Shown here: positions 29,559 through 38,878 of the stretch, in pieces
Position numbering within the stretch: position 1 is the first letter of the stretch
How the letters are laid out: each line of letters starts with the position of its first letter
Origin: an uncultured Patescibacteria group bacterium
GTDB lineage: Bacteria > Patescibacteriota > Microgenomatia > UBA1400 > PJMF01
Length of the DNA: 64,000 nt
Assembly (NCBI GenBank): GCA_905478415.1
Contig: CAJQIG010000001.1
Coordinates: 150,098-214,097, forward strand
Reading direction: 5' to 3'
The notes under the pieces: generated by a model
Seen by the model: the letters and a program-made list of their open reading frames with translations, nothing else
Database searches by the model: none
What the model was told of the DNA's origin: nothing
Made by a program: the position numbers and the translations under genes

Positions 29559-31103
29559 TTATAAAGTTCTTGCCTTGTAGACAACTATTTTATCTCCAAA
29601 TGATTTCTCTGAAAGTATTTCACTATATCGTTGTCTACCCCACCAATTAGTAAGTACATCTGACTCTCTTGTATCAGTGATAACGTAATAAATATTTTTG
29701 GGTGTACCTTGTAAGCGAGGGCCATATTTGGCGTCAATTACTCCTAAAATATCTTCTTTTTCCCTAATATAGGAAACCACACCTGGCTCGTAAGCAAATT
29801 CTACAGGAAGTTCTTCACCCTCCAACCCCTGTTTTAAAAATAAATACTGGTACGGAAAATCATAGACATCAGGCATGTAGGTGTACACTGAAAAACGGGT
29901 GTCACCGGTGTCTTCTCTAATATAGTCGACTACTTTTTCTTTGACTGGGTAGTGAACTGTATCAAATTCAAATATAGGTTTTTCTACTTGTAGATAGTAA
30001 TTCAAACGCACTAAACCAGATACAATGAAAATTGACATACAAAGAACTGAAAATGCTTTAGGGGTTTTACTGAATACGGTACCCAAAAGAATAGTAACGA
30101 TTGGAATCATAGGCAAGACATACCAAAGGTTAAAGTGTAAGAAAAAGAATCCAATGATAGGAAAAATAGTAAATAGGCCTCCGATAATGAGTAGCTGTTG
30201 TAGTTCATTGTCAAAACTTTTTTTCTTCCAAATAAAATATCCAGCTAGTATCACTAACATTAGCAAGAGAGCCAGTGAATATTCTCTTAAAACACCAGGA
30301 AGTTCAAACAGTGTTCCACGAAACTCACCAAATGTAATCTGTAAGACAGAAAGAATTTTCTCCACACCAAAAGTATGACTTTCTCCTTCAGAGAAGTATG
30401 CAATGATCGCTCTTGCTTCAACAAAATTATTTTTAATTTCGAACAGCAACTGAGGAATAAAGGGGAGAAAGAAACCAAGCATGCTAGCAAATAATGCTCT
30501 AACATTTGGTCTGAATTTATACAACAATAAGGTGGCTACAATTATGAATGGATAGAAAATGGCAAATGCTGATGAAAAATGAAATCCAAAGGCAGCAGTA
30601 AAAAATAAGCCAAATACAATTTTTTCATTGAGTTTTTTTTGCGCAATCTGCTTTTTAAGTAATATGAGAATAACAATTGAAAGTAAGGTCATTGGGAATG
30701 GATTCCAAGCACTTCTGGATATTGTTAACCAAAAATTTGTGAACCCCATTATGACAGCAGATTCAATGTTGAAGTATCTATACACAAGATACATCTGCAG
30801 TAAAACTAACAAGGTCATCCCAACGGCAAAGAACGAAGGATCAAAGCCGCCAAGTAAAGCAAAAGGAGCCAAGAAATAATACCAAGCGGGACCAAAAAAG
30901 AGTCCTGGGATACTTGTCCAAGGACCAATGAACTTGATTTTTGGAACTACCAACATGTGGAGGACTGCTATGGCATCTTTACCATGATCAAATAGAAAGG
31001 GAACCACTCCACCTTGAATGTACAAAAAACGCACGATTCCAGCCGTTACTAAAAGTAAGATAAACCATAAGTGTTTTGATACTAAACTCTTAATTTTGAA
31101 CAT
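29559..31103 (-). CDS. ArnT/PMT-like GT-C glycosyltransferase
   Basis: FDHGKD, IGPWTS, GPAWYY, SRSAWNP motifs. Confidence 0.8.
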   Translation of the reverse strand: MFKIKSLVSKHLWFILLLVTAGIVRFLYIQGGVVPFLFDHGKDAIAVLHMLVVPKIKFIGPWTSIPGLFFGPAWYYFLAPFALLGGFDPSFFAVGMTLLVLLQMYLVYRYFNIESAVIMGFTNFWLTISRSAWNPFPMTLLSIVILILLKKQIAQKKLNEKIVFGLFFTAAFGFHFSSAFAIFYPFIIVATLLLYKFRPNVRALFASMLGFFLPFIPQLLFEIKNNFVEARAIIAYFSEGESHTFGVEKILSVLQITFGEFRGTLFELPGVLREYSLALLLMLVILAGYFIWKKKSFDNELQQLLIIGGLFTIFPIIGFFFLHFNLWYVLPMIPIVTILLGTVFSKTPKAFSVLCMSIFIVSGLVRLNYYLQVEKPIFEFDTVHYPVKEKVVDYIREDTGDTRFSVYTYMPDVYDFPYQYLFLKQGLEGEELPVEFAYEPGVVSYIREKEDILGVIDAKYGPRLQGTPKNIYYVITDTRESDVLTNWWGRQRYSEILSEKSFGDKIVVYKARTL

Positions 31104-31151
31104 CTGCGTATCTTACTTTCTACTCAAAAAATATCTACTTTAATACTAACA

Positions 31152-32708
31152 TTAATTCTGCTCTTTTCGCAGCATGGTAATCTCTGGGCCGTCAGGAATA
31201 GTGTAGACCTCAACCGGTTTTTTATTTGGGAACACAACAATTTCGTAGACGGGAGAATCAACTTCTTTCTCTATCTTTCGTTCCTCATCAATAATAAAAA
31301 GTGTTTCAACTTGACCGAACTCTTCTTCTGAAACTATTTTTTTGTCATCAGATGTTGATAAAAAATACCGATAATTTTGACCATTGAGATCACCAGTGCC
31401 ATTCAATAATACAATATTGTATTTTTCTCCTGGTTTTACTCTATCTTCAATTGTTTGTGCAACACTCTGAATATTAGCAATTGTCCACCCCAATGACTCT
31501 AGCATTTCTCTTCCATAAATAAAGTTGAATTGTATAAAAAAGAAAGAAAAAATACCTACCAAAATTTTTCCAACCATACTTTTTTGATATAAGTAATCTA
31601 AAATAATTGCGAGTGAAAAAAAGGCAGCAGGAAATAGATATGCAATATAATGATGATAAATATTATGTCGATATAAAGCAGTGCCGATAATTCCAGTTAT
31701 TAAAAATGAGAAAACAATAAACTCTCCTGATGCTAATCGACCTTTCTTGAACTTTCTAATTACAATATAAAATAAAACTGCAATCAACGAGAAAGCTATA
31801 AAAGTATCAAAAGATGAGTCATGTTCTCCCACACTTAAATCGGTCAAAATAAGTTTTGCTCGACTTCTAATGTTAATCAGTGTACTTGCAAGAACAGTAG
31901 GCGCTTCATGTTCATTTTTTGCAAAGGTTTCTTCCTTCGTTAAAATATTTATAAAAGCCTTCTTATTTAAACCATCATGTTTGATATCAAATAACACTAG
32001 TGGGGTGAGTGAGAGAAGAAAAATAAGCACTCCTACTGTTGTAGCAGTAAACATTTTTTTCAAAGGCTTTTTTTCTTTTATTTTTGTAAAAAGTTGATAA
32101 AGCCAAACCAACCCAAAAGCTGCGCCCGCAAGCAGTGTCATGTAGTGAAGCTGAATCAAGACTGCAAAACAAACTACCACAGCAATCCAATACTTCACAT
32201 TTTGTAGTGCCTTAAAGGTAAAATACATCAGCAGTAATGAAACAAATGGCGCTGGATTTGGGTTCCAACTGAAGCGAGTGTTTTGAGCCACCACAGCAGA
32301 TAAACCAAAGAGTGTTGCTGCAATAAGAGCTACTCGTTCACTTAAAAATTTCTTTCCCAAATGATACATCAAGAACACCGTCACAACTCCTAACAGTGCA
32401 ATTGCATAAACAGGTCCCATTGGACTTGGATAGGTCAACCAGAGAAAAGGGACCATAAAGTAGTAGTACAACGGCCCTAGATACATATTCCCCACACTGG
32501 TGACGGGACCAATGAAAACAAAATCTAGTTCTCGAAAAATTCGTGACACAATTAATGCATCACGTCCTTGATCTCCCAAAAACTGAACCGTATTTGCAAC
32601 ATTATAAAATCTTAAAAAAGTAGCAATACCTAAAACTATCAAGATAAGTACATGCTTTCTCTCAAACTTTTTCGGTACTAAGGATCTGATGCGTGCTAGT
32701 ACTTTCAT
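31152..32708 (-). CDS. ArnT/PMT-like GT-C glycosyltransferase
   Basis: GDQGRD, IGPVTS, GPLYYY, RFSWNPN motifs. Confidence 0.82.
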   Translation of the reverse strand: MKVLARIRSLVPKKFERKHVLILIVLGIATFLRFYNVANTVQFLGDQGRDALIVSRIFRELDFVFIGPVTSVGNMYLGPLYYYFMVPFLWLTYPSPMGPVYAIALLGVVTVFLMYHLGKKFLSERVALIAATLFGLSAVVAQNTRFSWNPNPAPFVSLLLMYFTFKALQNVKYWIAVVVCFAVLIQLHYMTLLAGAAFGLVWLYQLFTKIKEKKPLKKMFTATTVGVLIFLLSLTPLVLFDIKHDGLNKKAFINILTKEETFAKNEHEAPTVLASTLINIRSRAKLILTDLSVGEHDSSFDTFIAFSLIAVLFYIVIRKFKKGRLASGEFIVFSFLITGIIGTALYRHNIYHHYIAYLFPAAFFSLAIILDYLYQKSMVGKILVGIFSFFFIQFNFIYGREMLESLGWTIANIQSVAQTIEDRVKPGEKYNIVLLNGTGDLNGQNYRYFLSTSDDKKIVSEEEFGQVETLFIIDEERKIEKEVDSPVYEIVVFPNKKPVEVYTIPDGPEITMLRKEQN

Positions 32709-33562
32709 AGGTGTCTTTTCCGAATGTTAAGTAATTTTAAAAACCAATACGGTTGCCAAAGTAAATAGTTTAGGTATTGACTCAGAGAAGCATGTTTGAC
32801 CGTAAAAGCAGCTCCATTTTTTAAAGAGATTTCTCTAATCTTTTGTGCACCAAACACATTTCGGTGAGTTGATTCATGCTTATGGAACACAATAGCTTTG
32901 GCTTCAAAAAGCACTTTCCAGTCTCTTTTTTTAGCCCGAAATGAAAGGTCTATATCTTCCCAATAAGCAGGATAAAATCGAGTATCAAGCCCACCTAGTA
33001 GCAACCATTTTTTTCGATCATAGAGACCACTACCACCACTCACCCAAGCAGTTTCCCCTGATGTCATTTGGGGTGCTTTTGAGTGAATAAACCGACCACG
33101 TTCAAACCACAATAAATTGCGGCCACTTTCTTCACCGCTCTCATCTTGCTCATACTCCTTACACCCAACAGCGAAACAGCTTGGATCTTCAAAGTAAGGT
33201 AGCAAATACTCTAAAACATCTTCTTTTGGTGAGACATCATTATTTAGTAGGAATATATAGTCACCAGTTGCAACTTGCACACCTAGGTTAACCGTACCTG
33301 CAAACCGCATATTTTTTGAAGTTGAGACAACAACCATCTTCACTCTCTTCTCTTCAGACAGATTACCAGTGTAGAGATGTGTATCACTATCTTTTTTTAA
33401 TGTGAATTTTTCGACCAAGTATCCAACACTCATATCAGTGCTAGAATCATCTGCAATCACAACTTCATCACCTTCACGCAAAGAATCAAGAACTGCAGGC
33501 AAGTGCTTCTTTAGAAGGTGTACTCCATTATAGTTTGGAATAACGACTGAAATTTTTGACAT
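32705..33562 (-). CDS. GT2 glycosyltransferase (rhamnosyltransferase/WbbL-like)
   Basis: IPNYNG, DDSSTD, LLNND, YWEDIDLSFRA motifs. Start at ATG 33562. Confidence 0.88.
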   Translation of the reverse strand: MSKISVVIPNYNGVHLLKKHLPAVLDSLREGDEVVIADDSSTDMSVGYLVEKFTLKKDSDTHLYTGNLSEEKRVKMVVVSTSKNMRFAGTVNLGVQVATGDYIFLLNNDVSPKEDVLEYLLPYFEDPSCFAVGCKEYEQDESGEESGRNLLWFERGRFIHSKAPQMTSGETAWVSGGSGLYDRKKWLLLGGLDTRFYPAYWEDIDLSFRAKKRDWKVLFEAKAIVFHKHESTHRNVFGAQKIREISLKNGAAFTVKHASLSQYLNYLLWQPYWFLKLLNIRKRHL

Positions 33563-33563
33563 G

Positions 33564-34658
33564 TTATACCATTTCCTTGACTCTAGCAGTGAAAGCCTCT
33601 TTGCTAAATTTTTTAACTTCAATTCTTGCTTGAACAGCTAGTTTTTTTCGGTACTTTTCATCTTTGAGAATACCAGCTGTGATTGCTAAACACTCTTCTT
33701 TTGATTTCCAGAGTACTTCTTTGCCTAAAGATCCAACTACTTCGACCTGGCCTCCTTTTCCAAGTACAATCGGGACAACTCCATAGGACATAGCTTCTGC
33801 CGTTGTAATTCCAAAGTGTTCAACCTTTTCTGGATGCTTTTCTTCAGAAACTTCATACCCAGTTGCATGCCAATAAATTTGAGCTTTTTTATACAACTGC
33901 TGTAACTGAGCATGTGAAGCATCCCGTATAAATTCTATAGGAAGTCCCTTGGCTTGTTCTAGTAGTTCTTTAAAATAGTCTTCATCTTCAACAGTACCAA
34001 TAAAGACAAGTTTCCAACCTTTAGTTCTTCGGGGATGACGAGTGAGTAACTCCTTAAAAATAGCCACTAAGACATCTTGTCGCTTTGCGTGAAGCTGTCG
34101 GAAGAAACGACCAACGTGCAGAATGATCTTTTCCTTCTTTGCTGGAATTCTGGTTGGAATTACTATCATCGGATAATTAACTACATCAATAGATGTCTTC
34201 CAGTATTTTTCAACTAACTTTTTTGTAAACTCTGAGTTTGTATTTTTTATCTGCCAATTTCTAAGTTTTAGCCGCTCCAACAAACTAGACTTATCAAGAA
34301 TCAGAGGAATTTGAATATGCAAATTATTTTTTTTAGCTAAACTGAAGAAAAGACTTCCATCAGTAACATAGTAAAAGTAGTCAAATTGTCGTGTCCATAA
34401 GGTCTTTTCTAAAAATCCACCACCATAGAATGGAGATTGCACAAATGTTATTGCTGGGTGTAACTTTCTACCAAGAAATGATTCGTATGCCTGTTTATAG
34501 CTCTGCAATTCTTCTGAGGAACTTACCGGCACTGCTATCCAGACTGCATGTTCGCTAGCGAGCTCCTGGGCAACATCAAAAAAGTGCTTTTCACCTCCGC
34601 CAAAGTGTTTGGGTATGTAGGGCGAAAAAAAACCTATTTTCATGAGTCTTTTTTCCAT
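33564..34658 (-). CDS. GT4 glycosyltransferase
   Basis: GGGEK, VGRFF, EHFGITTAEAM motifs. Confidence 0.88.
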   Translation of the reverse strand: MEKRLMKIGFFSPYIPKHFGGGEKHFFDVAQELASEHAVWIAVPVSSSEELQSYKQAYESFLGRKLHPAITFVQSPFYGGGFLEKTLWTRQFDYFYYVTDGSLFFSLAKKNNLHIQIPLILDKSSLLERLKLRNWQIKNTNSEFTKKLVEKYWKTSIDVVNYPMIVIPTRIPAKKEKIILHVGRFFRQLHAKRQDVLVAIFKELLTRHPRRTKGWKLVFIGTVEDEDYFKELLEQAKGLPIEFIRDASHAQLQQLYKKAQIYWHATGYEVSEEKHPEKVEHFGITTAEAMSYGVVPIVLGKGGQVEVVGSLGKEVLWKSKEECLAITAGILKDEKYRKKLAVQARIEVKKFSKEAFTARVKEMV

Positions 34659-35470
34659 TTTTTTTGAATTTCATCTTCAAGATACTTATACCGTTCAGGA
34701 ATACTTGGTTCTTGCTGTAATTCCCAAATTTGCATATATATCCACATGCGATTGATAGCCTGAGTAAGTGACTCAAGTAACCCTACCATTCCATCTTTGT
34801 AGCCTTTATCTCGAATGGCTCGACGCCAAAACTCCATCAAACCTTTTCTGAGTATGGTTTTAAAGGTTACTGGAGCGATATTTGCTTCAATAAATGCCGT
34901 GGCTTCTTTCTGTGTCCACTCAGCACTTTTCTTGAGGTTATCAGTTACACTTCTGTGTGTAAGGTGTACTAATGAAGAATTGAGAAGTTCAGCTTCACCG
35001 TTAAAGTTGGGGCTCTCGTGTATATCTCCTACCCATTCTTTTAACTGAGACACTTTAAAAACTCGAGTCACTACATCTTCTTGCCAACCACCATAGGTAA
35101 CGGGATGTCCAAAAAAGTAGTTCTTTCTCAAGATGGAAAACGCGTTCGCTGCACTTGTTTCTGTATGCACAGCTATCTCTTTTGCTAGTGTAGGAGTAAT
35201 ACGTTCATCTGCATCGAGATAGAGAATCCATTTGGTAGTTACATGCTTTATAGCTTCTTCTCTCACTCGTGCAAACGAATCAGATTTAAAGCTAATAACC
35301 TTTGCTCCTGCTGTCTCAGCTAATTCAGCCGTGTTATCAGTTGAACCATTATCAATAACTAAAACGTGGTCACACCATCTAACAGTCTTCAAAGCCGACA
35401 AAATCATAGCACTCTCATTTCGAGCGATAATTACTGCAGTTATTGATGGAGTTAGTTCAGTTTTTTTCAT
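34640..35470 (-). CDS. GT2 glycosyltransferase (WaaE/KdtX-like)
   Basis: ARNE, DNGSTD, LDADER, IHESP motifs. Confidence 0.88.
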   Translation of the reverse strand: MKKTELTPSITAVIIARNESAMILSALKTVRWCDHVLVIDNGSTDNTAELAETAGAKVISFKSDSFARVREEAIKHVTTKWILYLDADERITPTLAKEIAVHTETSAANAFSILRKNYFFGHPVTYGGWQEDVVTRVFKVSQLKEWVGDIHESPNFNGEAELLNSSLVHLTHRSVTDNLKKSAEWTQKEATAFIEANIAPVTFKTILRKGLMEFWRRAIRDKGYKDGMVGLLESLTQAINRMWIYMQIWELQQEPSIPERYKYLEDEIQKKWKKDS

Positions 35471-36378
35471 ACAACAGGTTGCTTTCCAAAACGACGGAGT
35501 AAAAAATGAAGCACTGCCGTTTGTTCATACTTTGTACCTGCCCATATATACTGAAGCAAAATTCTGCATCCTGCTAGTAAGGCTTTAAAATTACCATGCT
35601 TAATAGTAAACAACAATCGGTTTCGAGCGATATAGTATTGATGTAGTTTTGATCCAGAGCCACCACTTGAACCTGCATTCTTATGCCAAACTATCGAGGC
35701 AGGACAAAAACCAATTTCATACCCAGCTCGACGAGTTCTGACACTTAGATCCACGTCTTCGAAATAGAGGAAAAAACGTTTGTCAAAAGTTCCTACTTTT
35801 TCTAGCACTTCGCGCTTAATTAAAACACAGCAACCAGTTGCAAAATCACTCCCTTGAAATGAATCAAATTGACCACGATCTACTTCGTCAACTCCTCTAT
35901 GAAAGGCCGCAAGGTTTTGCCAATCTATACTGCCGCCAGCATACCAGAGGACAGAACCCAACTCAGAGCGAGCATATTCCTTCTTATGATATTCGTTACC
36001 TTTATAAAAATAAATTTTGGGACAAATGAGTCCATATTCCGGATTTTCTTGACTACATTCGGCGAGTCTCTTTAAAAAGAGAGTGTCAACGACAGTATCG
36101 TTATTTAGAAGTAAAACATAATCGGAGTTATATTTTTCGATGGAGTAAAAAATTCCTAAGTTATTACCTCCCGTAAAACCTAAATTGGCTTCACTCCGTA
36201 CTACTTCAAATCGCTTCTTATCTAGTCCACGAGGAAGTTGGTACTGCTCAATCGAACCATTATCCACGACAATAACTGTGAATTTTATTTCTCTGCCAGA
36301 AACCTTTGCCAATGACTTCAAACACTCATCGGTATCAGATTTGGTATTGTAGTTTACTATAACTAAGCTTATGTGCAT
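35467..36378 (-). CDS. GT2 glycosyltransferase (rhamnosyltransferase-like)
   Basis: VNYN, DNGS, NLGFTGGNN, LNNDT, YFEDVDLS motifs. Confidence 0.9.
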   Translation of the reverse strand: MHISLVIVNYNTKSDTDECLKSLAKVSGREIKFTVIVVDNGSIEQYQLPRGLDKKRFEVVRSEANLGFTGGNNLGIFYSIEKYNSDYVLLLNNDTVVDTLFLKRLAECSQENPEYGLICPKIYFYKGNEYHKKEYARSELGSVLWYAGGSIDWQNLAAFHRGVDEVDRGQFDSFQGSDFATGCCVLIKREVLEKVGTFDKRFFLYFEDVDLSVRTRRAGYEIGFCPASIVWHKNAGSSGGSGSKLHQYYIARNRLLFTIKHGNFKALLAGCRILLQYIWAGTKYEQTAVLHFLLRRFGKQPVV

Positions 36379-36400
36379 AAAATGTCTTACAATCAGTATA

Positions 36401-37303
36401 CTATGAATGGAGCTTTCGCTTTATTTTTGAAAGCATCTTATTAAAACCACTCTTATGTTCTGCTTCGTAATCAGCTATCCAATACGATATATCCTTTTGC
36501 ATGGCTTTAAGGGCCTTGAGTGTTTTCCTCTGGTCTATCGAGGTCTTTTTAAAACCCTGTGACTCCCATTTTTTGAGTACTAACAAAATAGAGTAAAAAC
36601 TTTGAAGAAAACTCAGACTTACTCCATGCATGCCTTCGTCGATTCCCCTAAACTTAAAGAGACGACTCATCAACTCATCTTTAAATGCAGTCACAATAGC
36701 AGCAGGTCCAGGATGATCATCGCGCAAATACTCAGATTGAATATCTGTGTATCGATTCATTCTCTCAACAAATTGTGAGATTGATTGATAATTATGATGA
36801 AGTATAGCCAAAGAATTCTTTTGTTCAATGTATGCTACTTTACCCTGTACTGTTGGAACTGAATGAATCGTATCATCCCAACTAACAACACCTTTTTTAA
36901 ATATCCTCAACTGGTAATCTGGCCACCAGCCTGTTTTCTGCATCTGATGTCCAAAGACTTCATTAAGCCTTGGAATGTAGTATGCATCGGCTGCAGGGTT
37001 TTTGATGATGTCTTGCAATTTCTCTTTGAGCGTTGGTAAGATCTCCTCATCTGCATCCAAAATCAAGATCCACTCTTTTGTGGCTTTGCCAATGGCAAAA
37101 TTACGAGCTGGCTCAACATATCCCACATCTTTATGGTTGAAAACATGGCTCGTGTATTTCTTGGCAATGCTTTTAGTAGCGTCGGTGCTCTGCATATCGA
37201 CGACAATGATCTCATCAGCAAAAGCAACAGACTTCAAGGCTGCCTCTAAAAATTGTTCAGAATTCTTTGTATTGAGAACGACCGAAAGAGATGTGCTTTT
37301 CAT
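36401..37303 (-). CDS. GT2 glycosyltransferase (WaaE/KdtX-like)
   Basis: DMQSTD, ARNFAI, LDADE, WWPDYQLR motifs. Confidence 0.88.
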   Translation of the reverse strand: MKSTSLSVVLNTKNSEQFLEAALKSVAFADEIIVVDMQSTDATKSIAKKYTSHVFNHKDVGYVEPARNFAIGKATKEWILILDADEEILPTLKEKLQDIIKNPAADAYYIPRLNEVFGHQMQKTGWWPDYQLRIFKKGVVSWDDTIHSVPTVQGKVAYIEQKNSLAILHHNYQSISQFVERMNRYTDIQSEYLRDDHPGPAAIVTAFKDELMSRLFKFRGIDEGMHGVSLSFLQSFYSILLVLKKWESQGFKKTSIDQRKTLKALKAMQKDISYWIADYEAEHKSGFNKMLSKIKRKLHS

Positions 37304-37306
37304 AGA

Positions 37307-38878
37307 TTACCTTAGGCTTTTCAGCTCTACCATTAGTTTATCACGACCAACCAGTACTAGGGCGAGAATGTAGGAAGAACCAGTGATAACTCCGCCTAGT
37401 AAGAGATGACCAAATCCCAATCCCCAATAGTCTCTTCCTAAGAAGCCCACAAAAGCCATAACTATAGCTGCCACTGCCTGACGCCAAACTGACTCTATAA
37501 AGTTGATCGGTACTATCTTTCGAACATAATACACCGGTAAAGCCGAAGTGAAGGAAATTGCTAATGCAGCCAGAGCTACTCCATTATACCCATAGAAAAC
37601 TATAAGAACTGGAGTCAAAACCCAAGTCAAAATTGTCCAGAAAATCATCAATTTTAAAGTTGTGTTTATCTGTCCAACAGCGTTGAGCGTATTGGTGAGT
37701 GGCGTTGAAACTGCACTCCAACCTATACTGAGAGTAAAGAAAATAAGACTGAATGCCGCAGGTTGCCACTTTTGATACTCTGGGATAATTGTCAAAGCTG
37801 GAATTATAAAGGTCACCATACCGATTAAAATTGGAAAAATGGCAGTGGTAATAAAGAAAAGAGATTTTTCAATTGCTTTTCTCAAGGCAACTTTATGGCC
37901 TTGTAAACGAGAGAATGCCGGGAACGTAACCGACATAACATTTTGAACAGTTAAGCTATAAGGATACATGGACCATTGCTTAGCCCAAGTGATATAACCA
38001 AATTCCTTTGATGGCAAAAATGCTGCCAAGAAAAAGTAAAAGAGCTGGTCTTTAATTCGTGCCAAGAAATCATTAATCTGGAATTTAGCACCGTAACCAA
38101 ACAATCCTTTTAGGGCTGGCACGTGAATCATAATACCAAATGACCAAGGTTGTAGCACTGACATACTGATAGCCCCAACCACTGAACGAAAGATAATAGC
38201 GTAGGCATATGAAATCAATCCATAGCCACGAATAACCATAAAAATAAGTGTGCCTTGAAACACAATTTGTTCTAGGATCTGTGGCAAGACAAGTTTTGAA
38301 AAATCTAACTTTCTTTCCAAAATAACAGATGGGATTGTCTTTAAGGTTGCAAGCGGAAATGAGAGACCCATTGCCAGGAGGATCCAAATACCGGCATTAC
38401 CAGCCTTCATTTGAAATGCTGCAGTAGTTGCTACAAGAATAGTTATACCAAAAATGAGCCAACTCAAAAGTTGTTGTACAGTAAATGCAGTCCGGTACTC
38501 ACGTTTGGTCGGAGTAGTCTTCTTTTGAATCAAAGCTGCTGCTAACCCAATATCTGAAAAGAAAGTTAAGAGCCCAACAACTTGAATCACTAGTCCATAA
38601 ATACCATAATCTTCAGGGGAAAGATAAAAACCTAGTAAAGAGGTTGCAACTAATCCAATGACCTGCAAAAGAACTGTTCTTAAAAAGTATGAAGCGGCCC
38701 CATTGACAGAACGTTTTTTAATATCTTGGATAGCAACTTCCTGTGCATGAGTAATTTTTTCCTCTTGTTCCGGAAACGAGCCAACTGATTTAAGACTCGG
38801 CTTTTGTGGAAATATCGGAGTACCAAGCTTTGAAACAAGATCTCTATATTTAGCTTTTTGAAAAAGGCGAAACAACAT
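37307..38878 (-). CDS. Wzx-type polysaccharide flippase (MOP family)
   Basis: LSPEDYG, SDIGLAAALIQ, VTFPAFS motifs; many TM helices. Confidence 0.88.
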   Translation of the reverse strand: MLFRLFQKAKYRDLVSKLGTPIFPQKPSLKSVGSFPEQEEKITHAQEVAIQDIKKRSVNGAASYFLRTVLLQVIGLVATSLLGFYLSPEDYGIYGLVIQVVGLLTFFSDIGLAAALIQKKTTPTKREYRTAFTVQQLLSWLIFGITILVATTAAFQMKAGNAGIWILLAMGLSFPLATLKTIPSVILERKLDFSKLVLPQILEQIVFQGTLIFMVIRGYGLISYAYAIIFRSVVGAISMSVLQPWSFGIMIHVPALKGLFGYGAKFQINDFLARIKDQLFYFFLAAFLPSKEFGYITWAKQWSMYPYSLTVQNVMSVTFPAFSRLQGHKVALRKAIEKSLFFITTAIFPILIGMVTFIIPALTIIPEYQKWQPAAFSLIFFTLSIGWSAVSTPLTNTLNAVGQINTTLKLMIFWTILTWVLTPVLIVFYGYNGVALAALAISFTSALPVYYVRKIVPINFIESVWRQAVAAIVMAFVGFLGRDYWGLGFGHLLLGGVITGSSYILALVLVGRDKLMVELKSLR